Origin: Patescibacteria group bacterium
Lineage (GTDB): Bacteria > Patescibacteriota > Patescibacteriia > GWA2-47-26
NCBI GenBank assembly: GCA_038064355.1
Contig: JBBTTG010000027.1
Span: forward strand, 21,746 to 63,897
DNA: 42,152 nucleotides
Reading direction: 5' to 3'
Shown: positions 16,044-26,809 of the stretch, in pieces
Position numbering within the stretch: the stretch's first letter is position 1
Layout of the letters: each line of letters starts with the position of its first letter
Notes under the pieces: model-generated
The model's input: the letters and a program-made list of their open reading frames with translations, nothing else
What the model was told of the DNA's origin: nothing
Database searches by the model: none
Program-made: the position numbers and the translations under genes

Positions 16044-16163
16044 TATATACCTTGAATTACGAAACCCTCTCATTTCCCCTCCCTCGAGTTTTCCACCCTC
16101 ACCCCAACCCTCTCCCCTCAAGGGAAAGGGGGGTAAAATGAGTTTCGTAATTCAAAATATATA
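16044..16163. repeat. Long imperfect hairpin or inverted repeat abutting the next start codon
   Basis: Perfect 14-bp arms are ttgaattacgaaac (16052-16065) and gtttcgtaattcaa (16142-16155). They are extended by tatata/tatata pairs and by tcatttcccct / aggggggtaaaatga inside. The interior is a C-tract/G-tract REP-like sequence. The 3' arm ends 4 nt before ATG 16167. Confidence 0.5.
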
Positions 16164-16166
16164 GCT

Positions 16167-17192
16167 ATGCGCAAAAAACGGAACAGGTATCGTCTTTTGT
16201 GGTGCTCTATACTTGCAGTGGGCACTCTGGTAGCCGCCATCGCGGCTTATCTTTTTATTCCGGTACGCGTGGCGCCAGCGGAGCATATCACCTGGGGGAC
16301 AACCTTTACAAAATCCTACGCGGAATATCTTGGGCTCGATTGGCGAAAAACGTATCTTGCCATTCTGGATGATCTGGGGATGCGCGCGATCCGGATCGGT
16401 ATCAATTGGGATGAGGTGGAACCAGAGCGCGGGCAATTTCATTTTGATGACTATGATTGGATGGTGGCGCAGGCGGAAAAGCGTAGTGTGGAAATTCTTC
16501 CGGCGGTGGGTTTCAAGCTCCCTCGCTGGCCGGAGTGCCGCGCGCCCGAGTGGGCGATGCAACTTCCGCAAAAAGCTTTTGAGGAAGCCCAGCTTGATAT
16601 GATGCGCGTCGTGGTTACGCATTTCAAACAATCCACGGCCATCAAGCGATGGCAGATGGAGAACGAAGCGTTTATTGAATGGTTTGGCGATTGTCCGCGC
16701 ATGGGCGACGCGCTCGCTCGTCGCAAGGTGGAGCTGGTGCGCGAGGCCGATCAAAGCCGTCCGGTGCTCATGACGGAATCAGGTGAGCTTTCCACATGGC
16801 TCAAGTCGGCATTTGCGGCGGATGAGGTTGGGCTCAGTCTCTATCGCCGCGTGTGGAGCCGATGGTCCGGATATTCCGATTACCGTTTTCCTCCGTCCTA
16901 CTACACTCATAAGGCGCGGCTCATCAACGCGCTCGTGCCCGGGGAAAAGGCATTTTTTATCACCGAGCTTCAGCTTGAAATTTGGTCGCCGCGGGGGATA
17001 CCCTTCCAACCCGTCGGCGAGCAGATGGACAACCTTACCCCGTCATATCTTCGGGAGACGTTTGATTTTGCCCGCCGCACGGGTTTTGACACCATCTATA
17101 CTTGGGGCGCCGAGTGGTGGTATTGGTTGCGCGCGCAGGGGTATCCAGAATATTGGGAGGCGGTAAAGAGTGAGCTGGCGCAGGATCGCTAA
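16167..17192 (+). CDS. Membrane-anchored clan GH-A (GH42/GH5-like TIM-barrel) glycoside hydrolase-like protein
   Basis: There is an N-terminal TM anchor (LLWCSILAVGTLVAAIAAYLFI). IRIGINWDEVEPERGQFHFDDYDWMVAQAEKRSVEILPAVG resembles the GH42/GH5 N-terminal barrel strands. WQMENE fits the acid/base NE(P) motif of clan GH-A. It is only 341 aa, so it consists of the barrel alone. Confidence 0.65.
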   Translation: MRKKRNRYRLLWCSILAVGTLVAAIAAYLFIPVRVAPAEHITWGTTFTKSYAEYLGLDWRKTYLAILDDLGMRAIRIGINWDEVEPERGQFHFDDYDWMVAQAEKRSVEILPAVGFKLPRWPECRAPEWAMQLPQKAFEEAQLDMMRVVVTHFKQSTAIKRWQMENEAFIEWFGDCPRMGDALARRKVELVREADQSRPVLMTESGELSTWLKSAFAADEVGLSLYRRVWSRWSGYSDYRFPPSYYTHKARLINALVPGEKAFFITELQLEIWSPRGIPFQPVGEQMDNLTPSYLRETFDFARRTGFDTIYTWGAEWWYWLRAQGYPEYWEAVKSELAQDR

Positions 17193-17194
17193 GT

Positions 17195-17223
17195 TTGCCA
17201 GAAAGCGCATTTTTTGCTACGAT
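17195..17223 (+). promoter_or_regulatory. Sigma70-like promoter giving a leaderless or near-leaderless transcript
   Basis: TTGCCA (17195-17200), a 17-nt spacer, then TACGAT (17218-17223). Only 9 nt separate the -10 hexamer from ATG 17233 and there is no SD. Confidence 0.4.
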
Positions 17224-17232
17224 TAAAGTACT

Positions 17233-18432
17233 ATGTATACATTCAAGCGTATTCAACGGTGGGTCATTTTTTTCGCATTATGCGTGGTTTTTGCAGTGGC
17301 TCGGCCGATACAGGCGCAGGAAAGCACTGTGGATGCTACGTCCGCGGCAGTCAGCACAACGCCCTTGCCAAAGACAAATATCGTTTATTTTTATTCCGAT
17401 ACCTGTAGTCATTGTAGGGCGATCAAGCCGCTCCTCAAGGATATCGAGAAGAAATATGGGGATTCGGTAGAATTTCGGCGGTATGAAGTGCGGATCAGTC
17501 AACGCGCGCGCGTTCTCTTTTCTAAATTTCTTTCCACCTACGGAGTTCCGACGGAGCAAGGTGGCACACCGACCATCGCGATCGGCGATACGATTCTTAT
17601 CGGAGAGGATGAGGTGAAGGGTCGTCTTGAGAGTATTATTAACTACTGCGGGGAAAATACATGTCTGCTCAAAGGAGGGCTTGATGCGGATGTCGGAGGA
17701 CAGAAGCCGCGGGAAGCGGAGCGGTCGACCGTAGACGGCGTCGCGCAGGGAAAGATATCCCTCCCGCTTATCTTAAGTGCGGCACTGGTAGACTCGATTA
17801 ATCCGTGCGCAATCGGTGTCCTTCTTCTTTTAATCGGATTTTTGCTCTCTGTCCACGGATCGCGGAAAAAACTTGCGTTGCTTGGCTTTCTCTATATTCT
17901 TTCGGTGTATGTTACCTATCTTTTGGCCGGACTCGGTATTCTGCACGTTATCGGAATTTTGAATATTGCAGTTTTCATAAAGGGGATTGCCGCGGCAATT
18001 CTCCTGGGAACCGCATTTATCTCATTGAAGGAGATTTTTGCTCCCGGGAGCACCTTTTTGCGGATCCCTGAACGCGCCAAGGGTTTGTTGACTCATTGGC
18101 TTACCAAGGGGAGTGTGACGGGTGTGCTTATTGCCGGATTTCTTGTATCCGCAGTCGAGCTGCCCTGCACCGGCGCGGTGTATCTGGGTATTCTTTCTTT
18201 ACTCTCCAATAGTACCGACCGATGGCTGGGGTATAGCTACCTCGCGATCTATAACTTGATTTTTGTCGCGCCGCTTCTTGGCATCTTGGGATTGGCGCTG
18301 TTTGGAGTGCGGGCGGAGGCCATCCAAAAAACTTTTAAGAAGCATACCAAAACCATGCGTGTTTCGGGCGGACTCCTCATGCTCTTGCTTGGGCTTTGGA
18401 TTGTGTTTGAAATTGTGCGCGGCACGGCGTAA
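17233..18432 (+). CDS. Exported thioredoxin-like domain fused to a CcdA/DsbD-type thiol-disulfide transporter membrane domain
   Basis: It has a signal peptide (VIFFALCVVFAVARPIQAQE). A Trx-fold CxxC follows (YFYSDTCSHCRAIKPLL; TGT AGT CAT TGT at 17404-17415). A polytopic domain carries the two conserved CcdA/DsbD-beta cysteines (DSINPCAIGVLLLLIG and VELPCTGAVYLG). Confidence 0.8.
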   Translation: MYTFKRIQRWVIFFALCVVFAVARPIQAQESTVDATSAAVSTTPLPKTNIVYFYSDTCSHCRAIKPLLKDIEKKYGDSVEFRRYEVRISQRARVLFSKFLSTYGVPTEQGGTPTIAIGDTILIGEDEVKGRLESIINYCGENTCLLKGGLDADVGGQKPREAERSTVDGVAQGKISLPLILSAALVDSINPCAIGVLLLLIGFLLSVHGSRKKLALLGFLYILSVYVTYLLAGLGILHVIGILNIAVFIKGIAAAILLGTAFISLKEIFAPGSTFLRIPERAKGLLTHWLTKGSVTGVLIAGFLVSAVELPCTGAVYLGILSLLSNSTDRWLGYSYLAIYNLIFVAPLLGILGLALFGVRAEAIQKTFKKHTKTMRVSGGLLMLLLGLWIVFEIVRGTA

Positions 18433-18441
18433 TTTTTCGCT

Positions 18442-18951
18442 ATGACCACATTGCTCCTTGCACTGGCCGCTATCACGTTCCTGTATTTTTTCTTCGCGCT
18501 CTCGCGTATTTTTTGGGTTATATTTCGCGCACACGTCTGCGCCATTTGCGCCGCGGTATCGCTCACGTGGGCGGGGTTTTTATATGCCTATCTTTCAGGC
18601 AGGAGCGTAGACCCCTTAGTGCTGGCACTGCTCATGGGCGGTAGCGTAGTTGGACTGATGTACGCGATGCAGAAAACGTTTGAAAAACATGGCTGGACGC
18701 ACTTCTGGTTTTTTCGCTGGCTTATCATTACGTTTGGCATGGCATTTTGCTGGGCGCTCTTGAATGAGCGATGGGTGATGACCGGTGTAGCGGCGCTTCT
18801 CGGGGTACTCCTTGGATTGTTCGTTTTTTCCTTTTCTCGAAAGCCCTCCGTCGCGGTTGCTTCATCATCCGCGGCGCAAGATCAGAAATCCATTGAGTGG
18901 AGTCGGGCGAAGCGTGAATTCGAGGAGCGCATGAAGCAGTGCTGTGAATAA
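18442..18951 (+). CDS. Small polytopic membrane protein with an intramembrane CxxC and a C-terminal vicinal CC (unknown family)
   Basis: 169 aa with about 5 hydrophobic helices. The CxxC is HVCAICAAVSLTW (Cys codons at 18538-18540 and 18547-18549) at the start of helix 2, reminiscent of DsbB/VKOR-type CxxC placement. The basic C-terminal tail ends in QCCE. It starts 9 nt after the Trx-CcdA gene. Confidence 0.6.
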   Translation: MTTLLLALAAITFLYFFFALSRIFWVIFRAHVCAICAAVSLTWAGFLYAYLSGRSVDPLVLALLMGGSVVGLMYAMQKTFEKHGWTHFWFFRWLIITFGMAFCWALLNERWVMTGVAALLGVLLGLFVFSFSRKPSVAVASSSAAQDQKSIEWSRAKREFEERMKQCCE

Positions 18952-18975
18952 GCATCAGGAGATGTTATAACGGGT

Positions 18976-20112
18976 ATGAAAAAATTGCGGATTGCCATGA
19001 TTGGACAGAAAGCCGTTCCATTTTATCGGGACGGCGGCGTGGAGCGTCATGTGGAGGAGCTCTCGACACGGCTTGCCGAGCGGGGGCATGATGTGACGGT
19101 GTATGTCCGACCGCGCTATGTGGCAACCTCCGATGATATCTGGCGCGGGGTGCGCCTTCGTCGTTTGCCGTCTGTTCCCACCAAACACCTCGATGCGTGG
19201 AGTCATACCCTGTTTTCCAGCGTGCATGTGGTAGGTTCCGGGGCGGATATTATTCATTATCACAGCGTCGGGCCATCAACACTCGCTTTTTTGCCACGAC
19301 TTTTTGCTCGGCGGGCAAAGATCGTTTCAACTTTTCATTCCATCGATCGGTTTCATAAAAAATGGGGGGCGTTTGCGCGCACCTATCTTTCTTTCGGGGA
19401 GTGGGCGGCGACGCATTTTCCGCATGCGACGATTGCCGTTTCAGAATCCATTCAAAAATACTGCCGAGAGCGATTTGGAAAAGAGGTTGCCTATATTCCC
19501 AACGGAGTGTCTATTGTTCCGGTTTCGGGAAGCGGCGAGCTGGCGCGCTGGGGACTTGAACCTGGGAAATATATCATTGCCGTGGCGCGACTTATCCGGC
19601 ACAAGGGGCTACATTATCTCGTGGAGGCCTTTAAACGGATTCCGGATACGATCAAAGGAGAGATGAAGCTCGTGATCGTTGGAGCTCCGAGCTATACCTC
19701 TGATTATGAATTTTATCTCAAGAATCTCGCCGCGGAGGATCATCGCATTATATTTACGGGGTATCAGACGGGAGAAGCATTAAATCAACTCTACGCGCAT
19801 TCTCTTTTTTATGTGCATCCTTCCGAGGCCGAGGGACTTGCGATTACGATTCTTGAGGCGATGAGCTTCGGGAAGTGCGTACTCATGTCCGACATACCCG
19901 AGAACCTTGAGGCGAGAGATCACTCGGGGATTGCTTTTGCTTCCGGGAATGTTGAGGATTTACAGGAAAAAATGACCTCACTTATCAATCACCCGGAGAT
20001 TACTCGGGAACGCGGCAAGAAGGCGATGGATTTTATTCGTCAAAAATTCGAGTGGGAAAAAATTGTCGATCAGATTGAATCGCTCTATCTGGATCTCGTG
20101 ACGGAAAAATAA
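18976..20112 (+). CDS. Family 4 glycosyltransferase (GT-B fold)
   Basis: The N-terminus MKKLRIAMIGQKAVPFYRDGGVERHVEELSTRLAERGHDVTVY is typical of GT4. The C-terminal E-x7-E region reads PSEAEGLAITILEAMSFGKCVLMSDIPEN. Confidence 0.85.
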   Translation: MKKLRIAMIGQKAVPFYRDGGVERHVEELSTRLAERGHDVTVYVRPRYVATSDDIWRGVRLRRLPSVPTKHLDAWSHTLFSSVHVVGSGADIIHYHSVGPSTLAFLPRLFARRAKIVSTFHSIDRFHKKWGAFARTYLSFGEWAATHFPHATIAVSESIQKYCRERFGKEVAYIPNGVSIVPVSGSGELARWGLEPGKYIIAVARLIRHKGLHYLVEAFKRIPDTIKGEMKLVIVGAPSYTSDYEFYLKNLAAEDHRIIFTGYQTGEALNQLYAHSLFYVHPSEAEGLAITILEAMSFGKCVLMSDIPENLEARDHSGIAFASGNVEDLQEKMTSLINHPEITRERGKKAMDFIRQKFEWEKIVDQIESLYLDLVTEK

Positions 20113-20141
20113 GAATACAGCGCCGCGGAGGATGAAATCTA

Positions 20142-20170
20142 TTGACGGGTTTTTCAACGGATGATAGGAT
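20142..20170 (+). promoter_or_regulatory. Sigma70-like promoter of the ATP synthase operon
   Basis: TTGACG (20142-20147), a 17-nt spacer, then TAGGAT (20165-20170), directly upstream of the first atp-operon ORF. Confidence 0.5.
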
Positions 20171-20179
20171 GAGTAAATT

Positions 20180-20452
20180 TTGCATATCAATATGGATACC
20201 CCAACACTGGAAAAAAAGAAAACCATGGAAAAGCGGGAGAGCTTGTGGGGTGCCCTCGGGCTTGCCTGGGAATTAGGATATCTTATCGCGGTTCCGATAG
20301 TCATTTTTGGACTTATCGGCAGGAGTATAGATCGGCGCTTTGCGACATCTCCTTGGTTTCTCTTGGCCGGTATTTTTGTGGCGCTTGTAGTGACGGCTTT
20401 TGCCGTGTACCGAAAGACTTTAGGCATCCTGAAAGATGAGAAACCGCTATGA
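20180..20452 (+). CDS. AtpZ/AtpI-like small membrane protein of the ATP synthase operon
   Basis: Two TM helices (LGLAWELGYLIAVPIVIFGLIG and WFLLAGIFVALVVTAFAVY) are linked by RSIDRRF, as in AtpZ/AtpI proteins. The stop overlaps the atpB start (ATGA). The true start is uncertain: TTG 20180, ATG 20192 or ATG 20225. Confidence 0.55.
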   Translation: MHINMDTPTLEKKKTMEKRESLWGALGLAWELGYLIAVPIVIFGLIGRSIDRRFATSPWFLLAGIFVALVVTAFAVYRKTLGILKDEKPL

Positions 20453-21246
20453 ACATTTCACTTGCCGCCGAACCCATCTTCCACATCGGGACATTTCCAT
20501 TCACGAACACCCTCGCGGTGGCCTTGGGGATCACGATGGCGCTTTTTAGTATTGCCTGGCTGGTACGGCGTGAAATAGCAGACGTTCCGCGCGGTTTCCA
20601 TAACGCGATTGAGGCCATCTTCGAGGCTATGCTCAAGTTTATGGATCCGATCACCGGCGGGCGGAAATGGTCGTTGAAATTTTTTCCAGTGGTCGCGACG
20701 ATTTTTCTCTTTGTGCTCTTCTCGAATCTGGTGGAAGTGATGCCGGGGCTTGGAACCGTTGGTGTTTGGGGTGAACATGAAGGGCGCAGAATACTGATAC
20801 CCTTTTTGCGATCTTCTTCGGCGGATCTCAATGTCACCCTGGCTCTTGGGCTGATTTCCGTCCTCGCCACTCAATTTTTTGGCATTGCCGCGCTCGGAGT
20901 TTTCCGATATGCTGGCAAGTTTCTGGTGCCGCCCTGGAAATCTCCCTATTTCATCGGGACGTTTGTCGGGGTGCTGGAACTCATTGGCGAGGTCGCCCGG
21001 GTCATTTCGTTTTCATTCCGATTGTTCGGTAATATCTTTGCAGGAGAAGTCCTATTGACGGTTATGCTATTTTTGGTACCATATGTGGTACCCCTTCCGT
21101 TTTTGTTCCTCGAAATTTTTGTCGGGCTGGTCCAAGCGGTGGTGTTTTCGATGTTAACACTGGTGTTTATGAAAATTGCGGTGACAGGACACGAAGAGCA
21201 TGAGGAGCATGATGAGCGCGCGGTTCACGCGAGTAGCGCGCGATGA
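20449..21246 (+). CDS. atpB: F0 ATP synthase subunit a
   Basis: The conserved stator arginine region is SFSFRLFGNIFAGEVLL. The protein is polytopic and sits in operon context. It has an unusual C-terminal tail TGHEEHEEHDERAVHASSAR. Confidence 0.9.
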   Translation: MNISLAAEPIFHIGTFPFTNTLAVALGITMALFSIAWLVRREIADVPRGFHNAIEAIFEAMLKFMDPITGGRKWSLKFFPVVATIFLFVLFSNLVEVMPGLGTVGVWGEHEGRRILIPFLRSSSADLNVTLALGLISVLATQFFGIAALGVFRYAGKFLVPPWKSPYFIGTFVGVLELIGEVARVISFSFRLFGNIFAGEVLLTVMLFLVPYVVPLPFLFLEIFVGLVQAVVFSMLTLVFMKIAVTGHEEHEEHDERAVHASSAR

Positions 21247-21316
21247 CGGGTTGATAGTGTGAGCTGAGGTGCTCATTGGATGGAATTAAAAACTGAATAA
21301 CTCAATAAGGTAATAA

Positions 21317-21586
<270 letters not shown>

Positions 21587-21599
21587 TCCGTAAACGCTT

Positions 21600-21639
21600 G
21601 CCGGTATTCCCCGCGGGGCTTCCCGCGTGTGAATCCGGC
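21600..21639 (+). promoter_or_regulatory. Intra-operon stem-loop between atpE and atpF
   Basis: The outer pairing is gccgg(t)att / aatccggc. It encloses cgcggg-gctt-cccgcg. The structure ends 8 nt before the atpF ATG, and no U-tract follows. Confidence 0.35.
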
Positions 21640-21647
21640 ACCTCCCT

Positions 21648-22148
21648 ATGGAATTACTTGGGCAACTTGGGATCGATTGGCGGCTCCTTGTAGCACAGAT
21701 AGTCAATTTTCTTATTTTGCTTGGCGTGCTGTATAGATTTTTATACCGTCCGGTGCTTTCGCATCTTGAGGAACGGACCGCGCGTATTGAGAAAAGTCTT
21801 TCCGAGGCCAAACGCATAGAGGTGCAGGCAAGGGAGGCGGATGAGGCGCGCATTCAGCTCATAGCCGAAGCACGCAAGGAAGTGCAGGTGATCTCGGAGA
21901 AGGCCGCGAAAGAGGCCGAAGTTTTGCGTAAGAAGATGGTCGATGATGCGCGTCGCGAGGCGGAGCGTATCGTGGAGTCCGGCAAGGTTCAGCTTGAGAT
22001 GCACAAAGAGGTCATCCTGAAAGATGTGCGCCGAGAGGTAACCGGTCTTATTGTGAGTGCAACACAGCACATTCTTGGGGATGTTATGGATGAGAATATA
22101 GATGCCTCAATCGTGAAGTCTGCATTGCGGAAGGTGGGACGAGCCTAG
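21648..22148 (+). CDS. atpF: F0 ATP synthase subunit b
   Basis: The N-terminal TM helix is WRLLVAQIVNFLILLGVLYRFLYRPV. A long charged helix follows (EERTARIEKSLSEAKRIEVQAREADEAR...). Operon position supports the call. Confidence 0.85.
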   Translation: MELLGQLGIDWRLLVAQIVNFLILLGVLYRFLYRPVLSHLEERTARIEKSLSEAKRIEVQAREADEARIQLIAEARKEVQVISEKAAKEAEVLRKKMVDDARREAERIVESGKVQLEMHKEVILKDVRREVTGLIVSATQHILGDVMDENIDASIVKSALRKVGRA

Positions 22149-22153
22149 GCGCT

Positions 22154-22546
22154 ATGAAGCGATTGACTGCGAAAGAGTGGGGGAGGGCACTCTATGAATT
22201 CACCAAGGACCTGCAGGAAGCAGAGGCCAAAAAGGCGCTGAAAGGGTTTGTATTGCTTCTGGTTCGCGCGCGAGCCCTTAAACTCGCGCCGGCTCTACTT
22301 GACGCGTTTAGCGACGCTTATCATACCGCCGAGGGCGGCATTGAGATCGCGATAAAGAGTGCGCGCCCGATTCCGAAGTTGACCCGGGAGCTCAAGGAAT
22401 TTTTTTCGTCATACGGAAAGGTGTCGATCAAAGAGACTCTTGAGCCGGAGCTTTTGGGCGGGGCGGTAATTCAATGGGGGGATGCGCGCGTTGACGCAAG
22501 CCTTGCTCGGCGTCTGCGAGATTTAGAAATGACTTTGAATGTATGA
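22154..22546 (+). CDS. atpH: F1 ATP synthase subunit delta (OSCP), short form
   Basis: The C-terminal OSCP signature is [26 protein letters not shown]. It is only 130 aa, so the N-terminal helical domain is shortened. It lies between atpF and atpA. Confidence 0.7.
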   Translation: MKRLTAKEWGRALYEFTKDLQEAEAKKALKGFVLLLVRARALKLAPALLDAFSDAYHTAEGGIEIAIKSARPIPKLTRELKEFFSSYGKVSIKETLEPELLGGAVIQWGDARVDASLARRLRDLEMTLNV

Positions 22547-24045
22547 ACGTCACGAAAGATTTTATCATTGACGAACTTAAAAAACAGATCGACGGTTTTA
22601 AAGCCGAAGCCAAGGTGGAGAAGGTTGGTACGGTGCTTGAGGTTGGGGATGGCATTGCCCGTATCTCTGGTCTCTCCGAGGCTCAATCCCTTGAGATGCT
22701 CGAATTTCCTGGCGGCACCTTGGGCGTCGCTTTGAATTTGGAAGAGGATGCCGTTGGTGCCATCATCTTGGGCAACGCCGCGCATATCAAAGAAGGGGAT
22801 GTAGTCAAAAGCACCGGACGCGTGCTTTCGGTACCGGTGGGGGATGAAATGGTGGGCCGCGTGGTGGACGCGCTCGGAGAGCCGGTTGATGGGCGGGGTG
22901 CTTTTAAGTTCAAAGCTTCCTATCCGCTTGAAAAAATCGCTCCGCGCGTGATTGCCAGAGAACCGGTGAATACGCCGCTTCAGACGGGTATAAAAGCCAT
23001 TGATGCCATGATCCCCGTCGGGCGCGGACAACGCGAGCTTATTATCGGCGACCGGCAAACCGGAAAAACCGCGATCGCGATTGATACCATTATCAATCAA
23101 AAAGGCAATGGTGTTATCTGCGTCTATGTGGCTATCGGGCAGAAAGAGTCGAAGGTCGCGAAGATTGTCGCCAAGCTGGAAGAGGCCGGTGCCATGGAGC
23201 ATACTATCGTCGTGATTGCCGGGGCCGCGGAATCGGCTGCCATGAGTTATATCGCGCCGTATACCGGTTGCACAATCGGCGAATATTTTATGGGCCAAGG
23301 AAAAGACGCGCTGGTTGTTTTTGACGATCTTTCAAAACACGCCTGGGCCTACCGCCAGATTTCATTGTTATTGCGCCGTCCGCCGGGTCGCGAGGCTTAT
23401 CCCGGAGACGTATTTTATCTCCACTCGCGATTACTCGAGCGCGCGGCAAAACTGTCGCAGGAGCTTGGCGGCGGATCATTGACGGCGTTGCCGATTATCG
23501 AGACCCAGGCGGGCGATATTTCGGCTTATGTCCCAACCAATGTCATATCCATTACCGATGGCCAGATTTATCTTGAGACGGATCTTTTCTACCGCGGTAT
23601 CCGACCGGCGCTCAACGTTGGACTTTCGGTGTCTCGCGTCGGCGGCGCGGCACAGATCAAGGCCATGAAAAAAGTGGCTGGACGCCTGCGCCTTGACTTG
23701 GCCCAATTTCGAGAACTCGAGGCCTTCTCACAGTTTGCTTCCGAACTTGATGCGGTCACGCGTTCCCAAATTGAGCGGGGGCGAAGACTGGTGGAGCTGT
23801 TAAAGCAACTGCAGTATGCGCCGATGTCGGTTGAGCTTCAGATCGTGAGTCTTTACGCGGGAGTCAACGGTTATTTGGATCAAGTTCCGGTTGAAAAAAT
23901 CAAAGATTGGGAAGACCGTTTCCATAAATTTCTCTCCGCTTCCAGAAGGGATATGCTTGACGCGCTTACTCGGAAGGACGGGCTCACCGCGGAGATTGAA
24001 AAAGAATTAAAATCGGCACTCGAGGAATTTCAATATATTGCCTAA
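22543..24045 (+). CDS. atpA: F1 ATP synthase subunit alpha
   Basis: Walker A is [56 protein letters not shown] is a near-invariant alpha-subunit sequence. The ATGA start overlaps the atpH stop. Confidence 0.97.
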   Translation: MNVTKDFIIDELKKQIDGFKAEAKVEKVGTVLEVGDGIARISGLSEAQSLEMLEFPGGTLGVALNLEEDAVGAIILGNAAHIKEGDVVKSTGRVLSVPVGDEMVGRVVDALGEPVDGRGAFKFKASYPLEKIAPRVIAREPVNTPLQTGIKAIDAMIPVGRGQRELIIGDRQTGKTAIAIDTIINQKGNGVICVYVAIGQKESKVAKIVAKLEEAGAMEHTIVVIAGAAESAAMSYIAPYTGCTIGEYFMGQGKDALVVFDDLSKHAWAYRQISLLLRRPPGREAYPGDVFYLHSRLLERAAKLSQELGGGSLTALPIIETQAGDISAYVPTNVISITDGQIYLETDLFYRGIRPALNVGLSVSRVGGAAQIKAMKKVAGRLRLDLAQFRELEAFSQFASELDAVTRSQIERGRRLVELLKQLQYAPMSVELQIVSLYAGVNGYLDQVPVEKIKDWEDRFHKFLSASRRDMLDALTRKDGLTAEIEKELKSALEEFQYIA

Positions 24046-24051
24046 TGTAGT

Positions 24052-26348
<2,297 letters not shown>

Positions 26349-26353
26349 AAATT

Positions 26354-26800
26354 ATGATTTCGTTTGAGATTGTCACACCGGAAAGAGTTGTCTACCGCGA
26401 TGAGGTGGAGAGCGTGACGCTTCCCACGGAAGATGGCGAAATTACCGTACTTCCAAATCACACGCCGCTGGTCACCCTGCTCAAGGCGGGCGCGCTTATG
26501 GTTAAGAAAAAAGGGCAAGAGCTGTTCATGGCAGTTTCCGGCGGATTTATTGAGATACAGCCGGGGAGTCGACTGATGGTTCTTGCGGATACGGCAGAGC
26601 GGGCAGAGGAGCTTACGCTCGCGGCTGTGGAAGCCGCTCGTGAGCGTGCCCGAGCCCTTTTGACCGAGAAGCGGCAGAAGGATGAGCTGGGTTACCAAGC
26701 AGCGGTGGCAATGCTTGAAAGGGAGATGGCGCGGGTGAAAGTCGCGCGCAGGCACCACGCCGGCAGAGGAATGACGCGCGAGATAAGAAGCGAGGAGTAA
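26354..26800 (+). CDS. atpC: F1 ATP synthase subunit epsilon
   Basis: The N-terminal beta-sandwich reads FEIVTPERVVYRDEVESVTLPTEDGEITVLPNHTPLVT..GFIEI. A helical C-terminus follows. It is the last atp gene. Confidence 0.85.
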   Translation: MISFEIVTPERVVYRDEVESVTLPTEDGEITVLPNHTPLVTLLKAGALMVKKKGQELFMAVSGGFIEIQPGSRLMVLADTAERAEELTLAAVEAARERARALLTEKRQKDELGYQAAVAMLEREMARVKVARRHHAGRGMTREIRSEE

Positions 26801-26809
26801 CGAGGATCA

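Noticed and set aside
22471-23298. A 275-aa minus-strand ORF, plus similar antisense ORFs at 10190-10837, 8704-9435, 16152-16754, 26942-27709 and 20313-20870.
   Set aside because: All are antisense to genes with unambiguous conserved motifs (atpA, pilM, the giant protein, the GH-like gene, the ftsQ-like gene, atpB). All have compositionally biased translations.
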